Origin: an uncultured Fibrobacterota bacterium
GTDB taxonomy: Bacteria > Fibrobacterota > Chitinivibrionia > Chitinivibrionales > FEN-1185
Direction of reading: 5' to 3'
Assembly (NCBI GenBank): GCA_963753345.1
Contig: CAVWBU010000049.1
Span: 1 to 64,000, forward strand
DNA: 64,000 nucleotides
The translations under genes and the position numbers were made by a program. Positions 52,887 to 61,592 of this stretch are shown here, piece after piece (position 1 is the stretch's first letter; each line of letters starts with the position of its first letter). The notes under the pieces were generated by a model. The model did not search any database, was not told the DNA's origin, and saw only the letters and a list, made by a program, of their open reading frames with translations.

Positions 52887-53225
52887 TGGGGGCACCGCTT
52901 CGCGTTTCCCCCTCGCTGCGGCCTCCTCGGCCTTCGGCCTGCGGTGTCCTCCGCTTCCCCCTCCAGCAAAGGGGCGCGCCGAAGTCGCTCGCTTGACGCT
53001 CGCGAGGCGTCGCCCCTTCGCAACGCAACCGCTGTGGTATGCCGCTACGCGGCGATAGTATATGAGGATGCAAGCAATTGCCTGTTGCGCTTGCGCCAGG
53101 CCGGACTGGAGGCCGCGCTGGAGCGCGGTGCCGCCAGGACCCGCCGCAACGCGGCATTGGGCCGTGGCGGCCCGAGGCCTGTGGCCGAGACCGGAAGGAG
53201 GGCCGCCGCCGAAGGCGGGGCGCCC
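52887..53225 (-). repeat. Composite structured repeat, copy I (divergent linker, partial module 2)
   Basis: Module 1 53093-53225; module 2 3' part GGAGGGGGAAGCGGAGGACACCGCAGGCC...CCCCCA. Confidence 0.82.
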
Positions 53226-53316
53226 ATTTTTTATGTATGGATTTATTTCAAGGGAAAGTTGTTTGTTGGGTTTAGTATATTATTATAGCCATCACCCCCA
53301 ACCCAAAGGACTGGAA

Positions 53317-54126
53317 ATGAAAAAGACAACCGCACTCTCTGTCATTGCCATCATTGCAATCACGGCACTCTCCGCATTTGCAAAAGACAAGCCCACGTCC
53401 GACGGCGTGATGCTCAAGGCGGACTACGGCGCACAGAAGCAGTGGACCTATGCCGTAACGTATACCTCGCAGGGCAACTTCAGGCAGAAAGCCACGAACT
53501 CGGCCAAGGCTTCCGAAATCCAGTGCATCCTGACCGTCACCAAGAACAACGCAAAGAAACTCGCGGTCAAGGCGGACAGCGTTTCGATAAAGTCGGACAT
53601 TTACAAAGAAGACCTGCAGAAGGAAATCAAGGAGAAGCTGCTCAAGGCGGACTATGCGCTGTCGCTTACCAACGGGTTCCCCTCCATCGACACGTCGCTC
53701 GAAATCCCGGCAAGCAGCGTTCTTGAATGGGACCTGTACCGCCAGATGGCAAAGCTGCTGCCGGCCCTCCCCGCAAAGCCGGTCAAGCCGGGTTTTACGT
53801 GGGAGCGCACCGACGCTTTTCCCATGAACACGCCCCGCGGCAAGGTATTGTGCGAAGTGTACCGCAATTACACCTTCGGCGTGCTCGCGGGCGACTCCGC
53901 CATGATAAGCTGGAAATTCCGCTATTCCGGCACCGGCAAACCCGACTCCTCGGCTTTAAGCGACGTGCCCGTGTTCGGTACGGGCAACGGCACCGCGGTG
54001 CTCGATGTCAAGCGCGGCTGCATTTTAAACGCCGAGATGAATTTCACCACGCCGGTGGCCGTGGTGGGCGACGTGAGCATCGTGTGGCATGAGAAGGCGG
54101 AGATGAAATTGGCGGAGGGGAAGTAG
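53317..54126 (+). CDS. Secreted hypothetical protein
   Basis: Signal peptide MKKTTALSVIAII..AFA; AAGGA RBS. Confidence 0.75.
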   Translation: MKKTTALSVIAIIAITALSAFAKDKPTSDGVMLKADYGAQKQWTYAVTYTSQGNFRQKATNSAKASEIQCILTVTKNNAKKLAVKADSVSIKSDIYKEDLQKEIKEKLLKADYALSLTNGFPSIDTSLEIPASSVLEWDLYRQMAKLLPALPAKPVKPGFTWERTDAFPMNTPRGKVLCEVYRNYTFGVLAGDSAMISWKFRYSGTGKPDSSALSDVPVFGTGNGTAVLDVKRGCILNAEMNFTTPVAVVGDVSIVWHEKAEMKLAEGK

Positions 54127-54151
54127 GGGAGAGGCGCGGGGATATTGTTGG

Positions 54152-55096
54152 ATGAAAGAAAGGAAGAAGATGAACAAAAAGGAACGTCTAGCGGAAAAGG
54201 AATTGTTTTCGACCGCTTTGACTGCTTTCGTTAGAGGACTTGGCGGGTATGTCTCTGCAGAAGATGGACAGTGGACGGTGAAGGGATTCATCGACATCTT
54301 TAAAAACATCTATACAATCAGCTCCGACACGAAAATCATCTCCAAAATACTTGAGATACACCTCTTTCCAAAGATTCTTCAGTTCGCCCAAGACAACGGA
54401 TATTCAATCGTCTTGGCTGAGCACCAGAACTGGTATCCTGACCTGAGCTTTGTGAAGCAGAGCAATCAAGCCGTAAAGTTTGCAGTTGACCTTAAGACCA
54501 CCTACCGCGATCTAGACTTTCCTGGTCACGTAAACGGGTTCACGCTCGGCAGTCACGGTGCGTACTTCAAGGAGCGGACATCTACTAAGAATATCCAATT
54601 TCCATATGCTGAGTATTTTGGTCATTTTTGTTTGGGAATCATCTATACTAGAACCGACGCAAAGGATTTCAACGAGACAGAAGTGGTTCGCGTCAAGGAA
54701 CTGGACGACGGCACAACGAGGGAATCGACTTCCCGTTACCGTGTTACTTCCGTCGACAACCTTCGGTCAATTGCTTCCGTGGTTCGTGACTTCCAGTTTT
54801 TTGTTTGCGAGAAATGGCGTCTTGCGAGCGACAAACAAGGTTCAGGCAACACAGCAAACATCGGGTCGATCACTTGTATTGAAGACATATTGGCCGGAAA
54901 CGGCGTCTTTGCGAGACTTGGAGAGGAGTGGTTCGACGAGTACTGGATGAATTATGGCCTCACCACGCGCATGAAAAAAGGCAAGGCCACTCCTATCAGG
55001 TCAATTAAAGACTTTCTGGATTTCAAACGTGGCGACAAAAGGAGAATCGTACGCATGAATACGAAGAAGAAGGTTAAGACGGACAAACAAGAATGA
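54152..55096 (+). CDS. EcoRV-like type II restriction endonuclease
   Basis: SDTKIISKILE, QNWYPD, AVDLKTTY, FTLG and GSGNTANIGS resemble the EcoRV catalytic and recognition loops. Confidence 0.9.
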   Translation: MKERKKMNKKERLAEKELFSTALTAFVRGLGGYVSAEDGQWTVKGFIDIFKNIYTISSDTKIISKILEIHLFPKILQFAQDNGYSIVLAEHQNWYPDLSFVKQSNQAVKFAVDLKTTYRDLDFPGHVNGFTLGSHGAYFKERTSTKNIQFPYAEYFGHFCLGIIYTRTDAKDFNETEVVRVKELDDGTTRESTSRYRVTSVDNLRSIASVVRDFQFFVCEKWRLASDKQGSGNTANIGSITCIEDILAGNGVFARLGEEWFDEYWMNYGLTTRMKKGKATPIRSIKDFLDFKRGDKRRIVRMNTKKKVKTDKQE

Positions 55097-56064
55097 GAGT
55101 GATCATCCCACCGATCAAGAGCCAAGGAATTAAGACCAAATTAGTACCGTGGATTCTAGCGCTTGTTCCGAAAGTAAAGGGCCGTTGGATTGAGCCATTT
55201 TTAGGCACCGGTGTTGTTGCATTTAATTCAGGATTTCCCAAGGCAGTCTTGGCGGACATCAACCCCCACATCATTACGTTTTACCAAGCAATAAGAGAGG
55301 GAAGCATTACGCCAGCATCCGTAAGACTGTTTCTCGAAACCGAGGGCGATCTTCTATCCAAGGCAGATGATTCTGGATATGCGCATTTTAGAGCCATAAA
55401 AGATCGGTTCAACCGCAATTTTGACCCTCTCGACTTTCTCTTTCTCTCACGTGCAGGCTTCAACGGCATGATGCGCTTTAACAGGAAGGGAGAATGGAAC
55501 ATCCCATTTTGCAAGAAGCCGGAACGGTTTGCGCGAGCGTACATCACTAAAATAGTAAACCAAGTCCATGACATTGTTCGTGTGATAACCCCAGATTGGT
55601 CTTTCAAGGTAGCCTCTTTTGAGGAGACTATTAACCAAGCGACAAAAGATGACATTATTTATTGCGATCCTCCATATATAGGGAGATATGTTGACTACTA
55701 TAGTGGCTGGACAGAAGAGAACGAACGCAAGTTATACGATCTACTGTTATCCACACCTGCTCAGTTTATTTTGTCAACCTGGCACCATAACGACTACCGT
55801 GCAAATGAGTTTATTACGGAACTATGGGGCAACTTCAGTGTAGTGACGCGTGATCACTTCTATCATTCAGGGGGAAAACTAGAGAATCGCAGATCGGTTG
55901 TTGAAGCACTAATCTACAACTTTTCATCGAATTTACAAAAACACAACCACGGGATAGAACCAAAGGCTGAGCAGTTGGTATTGTTTGAGAAGAAGGCCAA
56001 GTACAAAACCCACCAATTAAGTCGAGTTCACAGCGGCACGGGTGCCTCGTCCAAAGGTATTTAA
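55093..56064 (+). CDS. Dam-family N6-adenine methyltransferase (M.EcoRV-like)
   Basis: PPIKSQGIKTKLVPWI, EPFLGTGVV, DPPY; ATGA-coupled to the REase. Confidence 0.92.
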   Translation: MRVIIPPIKSQGIKTKLVPWILALVPKVKGRWIEPFLGTGVVAFNSGFPKAVLADINPHIITFYQAIREGSITPASVRLFLETEGDLLSKADDSGYAHFRAIKDRFNRNFDPLDFLFLSRAGFNGMMRFNRKGEWNIPFCKKPERFARAYITKIVNQVHDIVRVITPDWSFKVASFEETINQATKDDIIYCDPPYIGRYVDYYSGWTEENERKLYDLLLSTPAQFILSTWHHNDYRANEFITELWGNFSVVTRDHFYHSGGKLENRRSVVEALIYNFSSNLQKHNHGIEPKAEQLVLFEKKAKYKTHQLSRVHSGTGASSKGI

Positions 56065-56094
56065 GTATAGCCTGTAAACTAAGGATCAAGATGT

Positions 56095-56250
56095 ATGAAG
56101 AACAAAACAACCTACACAAATGAACCAATCGGAAAAATTGAAATTGTCAAGGACTTTCTGCCGTCTCCTGAACGTCTGGTCCATCGGAAAAAGAAAATCA
56201 GGGTCACTGGTAAGTCAAAAAGAACGAGTTCGTATTTTGGTAGGATATAA
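56095..56250 (+). pseudogene. Truncated CopG/BrnA-like antitoxin remnant
   Basis: Manual translation MKNKTTYTNEPIGKIEIVKDFLPSPERL..IRVT; similarity is then lost and an early stop follows. Confidence 0.55.
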
Positions 56251-56428
56251 GTTCACTGGAAGGAAAATTTTGGTCGCGATTCGCAAGCTTAATTTCCAAT
56301 ATACACAAACAATTCTTCTCATCTGACAACGCACCCCGTCCTCACCATCCCGCAGCTTTTCAATCAAACGAAATCCCGAAGTCCCTGCAACGATCTACCG
56401 TTAGTACCCGACAAAACCGAAAAAAGTC

Positions 56429-56479
56429 TTGCAATATAGTACGAAATAGTGTATAATAATTAGTACACAATAACGTACT
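56429..56479 (+). promoter_or_regulatory. Sigma70 promoter and operator of the TA operon
   Basis: TTGCAA-N17-TATAAT; inverted repeat AGTAC-N8-GTACT at 56462-56479. Confidence 0.75.
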
Positions 56480-56494
56480 TCTTAAGGAGTTCAT

Positions 56495-56779
56495 ATGACA
56501 AAAGGAATTATGTTTGCTGAAGATGTGCATCCTGTTTCGGAATTCAGGTCCAAAGCGGCTGGATTCATTACACAGGTTCATAACACTAAAAGACCTTTGG
56601 TAATAACTCAAAATGGCAAGAGTGCGGCCGTTTTGCTTGATGTCACTATATATGATTCAATGGTAGAAAAATTGGAGTTGCTTCAGGATGTTGAACTTGG
56701 CTTAAAACAAATCGATGAAGGGAAGGGGATTACTCATTCGGAAGCCCATAAAACCATCAGGTCAAAATATACAAAATGA
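56495..56779 (+). CDS. Phd/YefM-family antitoxin
   Basis: PVSEFR, PLVITQNGKSAAVLLD. Confidence 0.92.
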   Translation: MTKGIMFAEDVHPVSEFRSKAAGFITQVHNTKRPLVITQNGKSAAVLLDVTIYDSMVEKLELLQDVELGLKQIDEGKGITHSEAHKTIRSKYTK

Positions 56780-57072
56780 AGATTTCCTGGTCTCCTTTAG
56801 CGCTTCAACGTATTAAAGAAATAGCTGATTATATTGCTCTAGACAGCAAGAAAGCAGCATTAAAATGGGTCGATACAATATTCGGGAAAGTTGAAATATT
56901 GGAAACAGAGCCGCACATTGGAAGGAAGGTTCCCGAGCTAAACCTGCCAGACATACGAGAACTTATCTTCGGAAATCATAGGGTAATTTACAGAGTATTG
57001 AAAAATCAAATTGCCATATTGACTGTAAGACATTTTAAGCAAATCCTCCCAACAGAAGAAATCGGGTTCTAA
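56776..57072 (+). CDS. RelE/ParE-family toxin
   Basis: ISWSPLA..I.DYIA.DS, GRKVPE, RELIFGNHRVIYR. Confidence 0.92.
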   Translation: MKISWSPLALQRIKEIADYIALDSKKAALKWVDTIFGKVEILETEPHIGRKVPELNLPDIRELIFGNHRVIYRVLKNQIAILTVRHFKQILPTEEIGF

Positions 57073-57222
57073 CGCGCTAAATCATGACCTTCCGCATTTG
57101 CAAACACCCTGGGCTCGTAGGCGGTTGGTTCTTCAAGAAAGATTTGTGGTTTGCGGAGAGTAAATGCGGTCGTAGTCCGCATATTTACGCCACGTTGGTT
57201 GCAATTTAATACATGCAACAAT

Positions 57223-58272
57223 CTACCGCCGCACCACAATCCTGTCTTTTGTCTGCCATAACGTCCCGCGCACATTGACAAAATAAACTCCTGGCGCCAG
57301 CGCGCCCGTCGGTACGGTCGCGGTCCGGCCGAAGCCTTCCCTGAGAAGCACCGTTTTGCCGTTGACCGCCGCAATTTCCACCATAAAGGCCTGCTCTGCC
57401 GGAAAGTCAAGGGCAATCCGTGAGCCGAGAATGGTGATTGCGGCCCCAGGCGCGGTGCGGTGCACACGTGCCGTCACCGAACTGATGGAAGAGTCCCAAT
57501 GGAATACCCGGACATAGTCGACCAGAAGGCTTTCCGGAAAAACGGTGGTGCTGTCGATGTTGCCGTCGAAATTGCCGCCTACGGCAAGATTCAGGATAAT
57601 AAAGCAGGGCTTGTCCCAGGGGAAATTCGGGTGAGCGCTCCTGTAGAGGGTCGCCATTTTCGCACTGTCGCACCACCAGCTCATTGAGTCGGCAAACCAC
57701 TCGTAGGCGAAAACATGAAAGGACTGGTGGAAATCGGGCCCCGGCGGCTCCATATACCAACTGGTGGTGTCGTATCCGGAGAAATGATACGATCCGGTGG
57801 TCCAGTTTGGCAACCTGCCTCTTTCTTCCATGATATCGACTTCACCGCATGCCGGCCATCCGACCGAATTGATATTTGCGCCGAGCATCCAGAACGCGGG
57901 CCACATTCCCTTGGTTACGGGCAGCCGCATGCGCGCCTCCATGCGGCCGTAGGTGAAGTTTTTAAGATTGCCCACGATTTTTCCCGACGTGATTTCCGTT
58001 GTCCTTCGCGCCTCGATGATCAGAGTGCCTTTCGTAACAAAAATATTGGATCCCGCTATATCGTGACCCGCGGTATAGCGCTGCTGTTCGCCGTTGACCG
58101 CTCCGGGATTTGCCGTCTGAACAGTCCAATTCTGTTCACTGAGCGCCGTGGAATCAAACTCGTCGGACCAGAACAGCTTCCACCCGCCGGCCATGGCGTT
58201 TGTCAGAATTACCGCCACCAAAAAGCAAGTCGTGCGCAATGATGCAGTCCTCAACGATGCCGGAAAAATCAT
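57223..58272 (-). CDS. GH16 beta-1,3-glucanase, paralog of 41982..43022
   Basis: WSDEFD, WPAFWML, GEVDIME, ILNLAVGG. Confidence 0.92.
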   Translation of the reverse strand: MIFPASLRTASLRTTCFLVAVILTNAMAGGWKLFWSDEFDSTALSEQNWTVQTANPGAVNGEQQRYTAGHDIAGSNIFVTKGTLIIEARRTTEITSGKIVGNLKNFTYGRMEARMRLPVTKGMWPAFWMLGANINSVGWPACGEVDIMEERGRLPNWTTGSYHFSGYDTTSWYMEPPGPDFHQSFHVFAYEWFADSMSWWCDSAKMATLYRSAHPNFPWDKPCFIILNLAVGGNFDGNIDSTTVFPESLLVDYVRVFHWDSSISSVTARVHRTAPGAAITILGSRIALDFPAEQAFMVEIAAVNGKTVLLREGFGRTATVPTGALAPGVYFVNVRGTLWQTKDRIVVRR

Positions 58273-58577
58273 TTCAACCGCCTTTCCTACCTCATCTAAG
58301 AAGTTAACCGCTTGAATCCCCGATCAAAATTATATGCCATAATTATAAGGTTAATCGCCCTTCTTTGCCCGGACAATCTTGCTGCGGCCATGCATTTTTA
58401 TCGAAAGCGCTCCTCTCCATCACTGTCGGAACATCATGGGAAACTCAATCAATTGTCGCACAGGTGCCCGGTCCAAAGATGTTTAACCCTTGGGCAGCCC
58501 GTGTGTCACGATCATCACTTCGACTTTGCTCGGTGCAGGCCTTGATCGTTTTTCGCAATCAATAGAGTCAATCCTTC

Positions 58578-59801
58578 TCATCTGACAACACATCCAGTCC
58601 TCATCTTCCCGCCGTTTCCAATCACGCGGAATCCAGAATTCATCCCAACCACCTGCCTTCCCAACAGATCGTAAATAGGAGCTGGGGCTCTGGTTCGTGG
58701 GATCATGGGAGAACGTCCCGGGTTCGATGGTTCCTTTACTGACAAGTCCATGCACGATTCCGTCATCGGATACCCCGCGAATGCATCCAGCGCAGGCTGC
58801 GTCACCGTGACGCCCAGTTCGGTCCACGCTTGTTCAATGAGGCTGCTGTTCAACGCAGTCGTATAGTCGACAAATTCTTTGGTAACATCAGCGGAATCCG
58901 TAGTATTGACTTCAAGGACTTTTATCGGGGTCTGGCATGACATGGAAAATGAGGCAAGGTTGAAATAGCAGATTTTCCGGTTGGTGTGGGTCCGGAACAA
59001 AACATACAGGTTCTTTGGGTCGAATTCGATATTGTATTTCGTCGACCCCTGTGCCACGCTGTCAAGGATCGCAAACCCGTAGGTCCCGATACTCCAGGAT
59101 GTGTCGTATGCATTGACCATGGTTGCGGCCCGGCAAAACCTGTCGAGCGAATTGACGCTGCCCTTTACATACGATCCAGCCCTGAGATATGCCAGCGAAT
59201 TATCGTAGGTGTCGTTGGTGATGGCCGCATACGGCAGGTCCGCGCCGGTATGATACGCCAGATACGAATTGTTGTTGCCGTCATTCAGGAAATCGAGCAC
59301 CGCGGAGGCGCCGGAGCGGTCGGAGACAAAAAAATGCACCCGCGAAAAATTGCTCGAGGGCTCCCGGATCCGTATAACGGCGTTGCTGGCTATCACCTGA
59401 GAAACCGTGCTGTAATTGTCGAGCTGATATTGGACCCATTGGTCCATCGACACCGACGGCCGGCTGTCGGGCGCAGGGAAGAAGCCTTCGCTAAGGTACA
59501 GCTGGTGCACCACGAGTCCCGCTTCGTTCATCCCCACAAAGCCGTTTTCGCAGCCGTACTGGGCAAAGGTCACGCTGCCGTATTTCGAGGTCCATGCGGC
59601 CGGGTTGTCGACCGGATCGCCGTAGTAGGTGAATGCCGTTTTGGAAACGTTCCGTTTATTGACAAATGCAAGACAGCGGTCGAACGACCAGTCGTAGTCT
59701 CTTCCGACCAGCGGCTGGTCGCCTTTGCGCAGGCAGAAGGCAGAGCAGCAGAAACTTTCGGTGACTGCCGCAAACACCACCATCATTGTTATAATTGGCA
59801 T
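58578..59801 (-). CDS. Secreted Ntn hydrolase (choloylglycine hydrolase/penicillin V acylase family)
   Basis: Signal peptide then CSAF nucleophile, GRDYDW, SKYGSVTF, GMNEAGL, SLDRF; start uncertain. Confidence 0.85.
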   Translation of the reverse strand: MPIITMMVVFAAVTESFCCSAFCLRKGDQPLVGRDYDWSFDRCLAFVNKRNVSKTAFTYYGDPVDNPAAWTSKYGSVTFAQYGCENGFVGMNEAGLVVHQLYLSEGFFPAPDSRPSVSMDQWVQYQLDNYSTVSQVIASNAVIRIREPSSNFSRVHFFVSDRSGASAVLDFLNDGNNNSYLAYHTGADLPYAAITNDTYDNSLAYLRAGSYVKGSVNSLDRFCRAATMVNAYDTSWSIGTYGFAILDSVAQGSTKYNIEFDPKNLYVLFRTHTNRKICYFNLASFSMSCQTPIKVLEVNTTDSADVTKEFVDYTTALNSSLIEQAWTELGVTVTQPALDAFAGYPMTESCMDLSVKEPSNPGRSPMIPRTRAPAPIYDLLGRQVVGMNSGFRVIGNGGKMRTGCVVR

Positions 59802-60089
59802 GTTTTTTATATGCAGGTGAGGCTCCTTTTTCAGCCACCGGCTATAAGGGAGAATATAGCCGATCTCGCGCGTTTTCGCCAGATTTGCCGATGGAGGTTT
59901 TTTCTCCTTAAAGTCGCTCATCTTCAAGCCCACCGTTCACTCAATTAGTCCAATAATTAACAAATAAACCTCCTGCAAAAATTCCCCAAATACGCTATGT
60001 TAATATAATAGGAAAGACGTTTGGTGATTGCCGAGGCTCATATTTGACTTATTTTCGACCAAAAGGACCTTTCTTCCAAGGAGGCGGTC

Positions 60090-61565
60090 ATGCGCTCCAC
60101 GATCATCCGTCCCTTCCTCATGCTGTCATGTCTCTTGAGCATTTTCCCCCTTACAGGTTCCGGCGCCACAATGACCATCGGGCCCAACAAGGAAGTCCTG
60201 CTCAATGGTTCGCCTTTTTTCCCCATCCTCACGTGGCTGCAGAACGCCTCGCTCATCGCGACGGAAAAAACTTACGGCATCAACACGTTCGTGGGGCAGG
60301 GTGACAACTCGACCGCGCTTGACTACTGCAACACGGCCCAGGCGCAGGGCGTGTACGCCGTGCCGTCGTGGGACTCGGGCGAGGCGGCGTCGGTGAAGAC
60401 GCACCCGGCAATGCTCGGCTGGGTGTTCGGCGACGAGCCGGACCTGCAGGGAAATGATGTAACGCCCTCTGCGATCCGGACGCAGTACAACGCCATCAAG
60501 GCGGCAGACCCCAATCACATCACCTTTCTCACCATCACGTCGGGGTTTTACAGCGGCGACGCCCTGCCGGCCTGGATGAATGGCAGCGACTCCATGTATT
60601 ACAGCTACCCCAAGTACACCGATCTCATCGGGTTCGACTATTACCCGGTGTACGGCTGGTGCAGGCCCGACTGGATCTACAAGGTGCCGGGCAGCCAGGA
60701 CGAGCTTGTCAACAAGTACTGCGCGGGAACAAAGAGCACCTACCAGTGGATCGAGTGCGTCAAGACGTCGGGCCAATGGTGCTCGATCCCTTCGCGGGGC
60801 ACGAACGACGGGCCGTACCCGAACGAAATCACCGACGAGGTCTGGCTCGCCATCATCAAGGGTGCGAACGCCATCGGCTACTTCACCCATTCGTGGAAAT
60901 GTCCGGGCTATTCCCAGTGCTGCCTTTCCGATTCGCAGATAGCAATGCTCAAGAAGGTGAATGGCCGCATCACGGCGCTCACCGGGGCGCTCTGCGGGCC
61001 CGATTCCAAGATCGCAGTGACGGTGCAGTCGAACGACACAAAGGGAGAAATCGAGTTCCGCGCAAAGGAATACAACGGCAGCCTGTATATAATTGCGGCC
61101 CAGGTGATCAACCTGAGCGGCAGCAAGGACACGCAGCAGGCCACAATAACAGTGTCCGGCCTTCAGGGGAACGTCACGGTCTACGATGAGAACCGCACCA
61201 TTACTCCGTCAAGCACCTCGTTTACCGACAGGTTCATCGCCACGGATCCAGCCCACATATACATGATGAAGTCGTCCCTGCTTGCGGTGAGGGGCGCCGA
61301 AGGGACTCCGCCGCTTTTCTTGTCGCATGCGACCTGCATGGGCCATGGTCCGCTCGTGACCTTTAGGCTCCCGGAGATCGCGCAAAGCATTATAAGGATT
61401 TATTCGTGCTCGGGCACGTTGCTCCGCACGCTTGCAGGAACAAGCAGGACGCCAACCTGGAATTGCGCTGATGAATCGGGGAAACAGCTTGCCCGCGGAG
61501 TGTACTATGCCGCAATTTCGGGCGGGCCAGGCACGTCCGTGCTTCCGGTATTATTGCAGTATTGA
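60090..61565 (+). CDS. Secreted putative glycoside hydrolase (TIM-barrel-like) with T9SS/FlgD-like tail
   Basis: LNGSPFFP, GWVFGDEPD, DLIGFDYYP, GANAIGYF; C-terminal RIYSCSG.LLRTL..W...GVYY. Confidence 0.65.
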   Translation: MRSTIIRPFLMLSCLLSIFPLTGSGATMTIGPNKEVLLNGSPFFPILTWLQNASLIATEKTYGINTFVGQGDNSTALDYCNTAQAQGVYAVPSWDSGEAASVKTHPAMLGWVFGDEPDLQGNDVTPSAIRTQYNAIKAADPNHITFLTITSGFYSGDALPAWMNGSDSMYYSYPKYTDLIGFDYYPVYGWCRPDWIYKVPGSQDELVNKYCAGTKSTYQWIECVKTSGQWCSIPSRGTNDGPYPNEITDEVWLAIIKGANAIGYFTHSWKCPGYSQCCLSDSQIAMLKKVNGRITALTGALCGPDSKIAVTVQSNDTKGEIEFRAKEYNGSLYIIAAQVINLSGSKDTQQATITVSGLQGNVTVYDENRTITPSSTSFTDRFIATDPAHIYMMKSSLLAVRGAEGTPPLFLSHATCMGHGPLVTFRLPEIAQSIIRIYSCSGTLLRTLAGTSRTPTWNCADESGKQLARGVYYAAISGGPGTSVLPVLLQY

Positions 61566-61592
61566 AACGATAGGAAAGGAAGAAGGCTCGCC

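Noticed and set aside
2172-53225. CRISPR array interpretation of the repeats
   Set aside because: Copies are dispersed, long and divergent, with no repeat-spacer periodicity and no cas genes.
57066-57073. Toxin stop within TTCTAAC as an integron inverse core site
   Set aside because: It is an imperfect RYYYAAC with no attC-like palindrome downstream.
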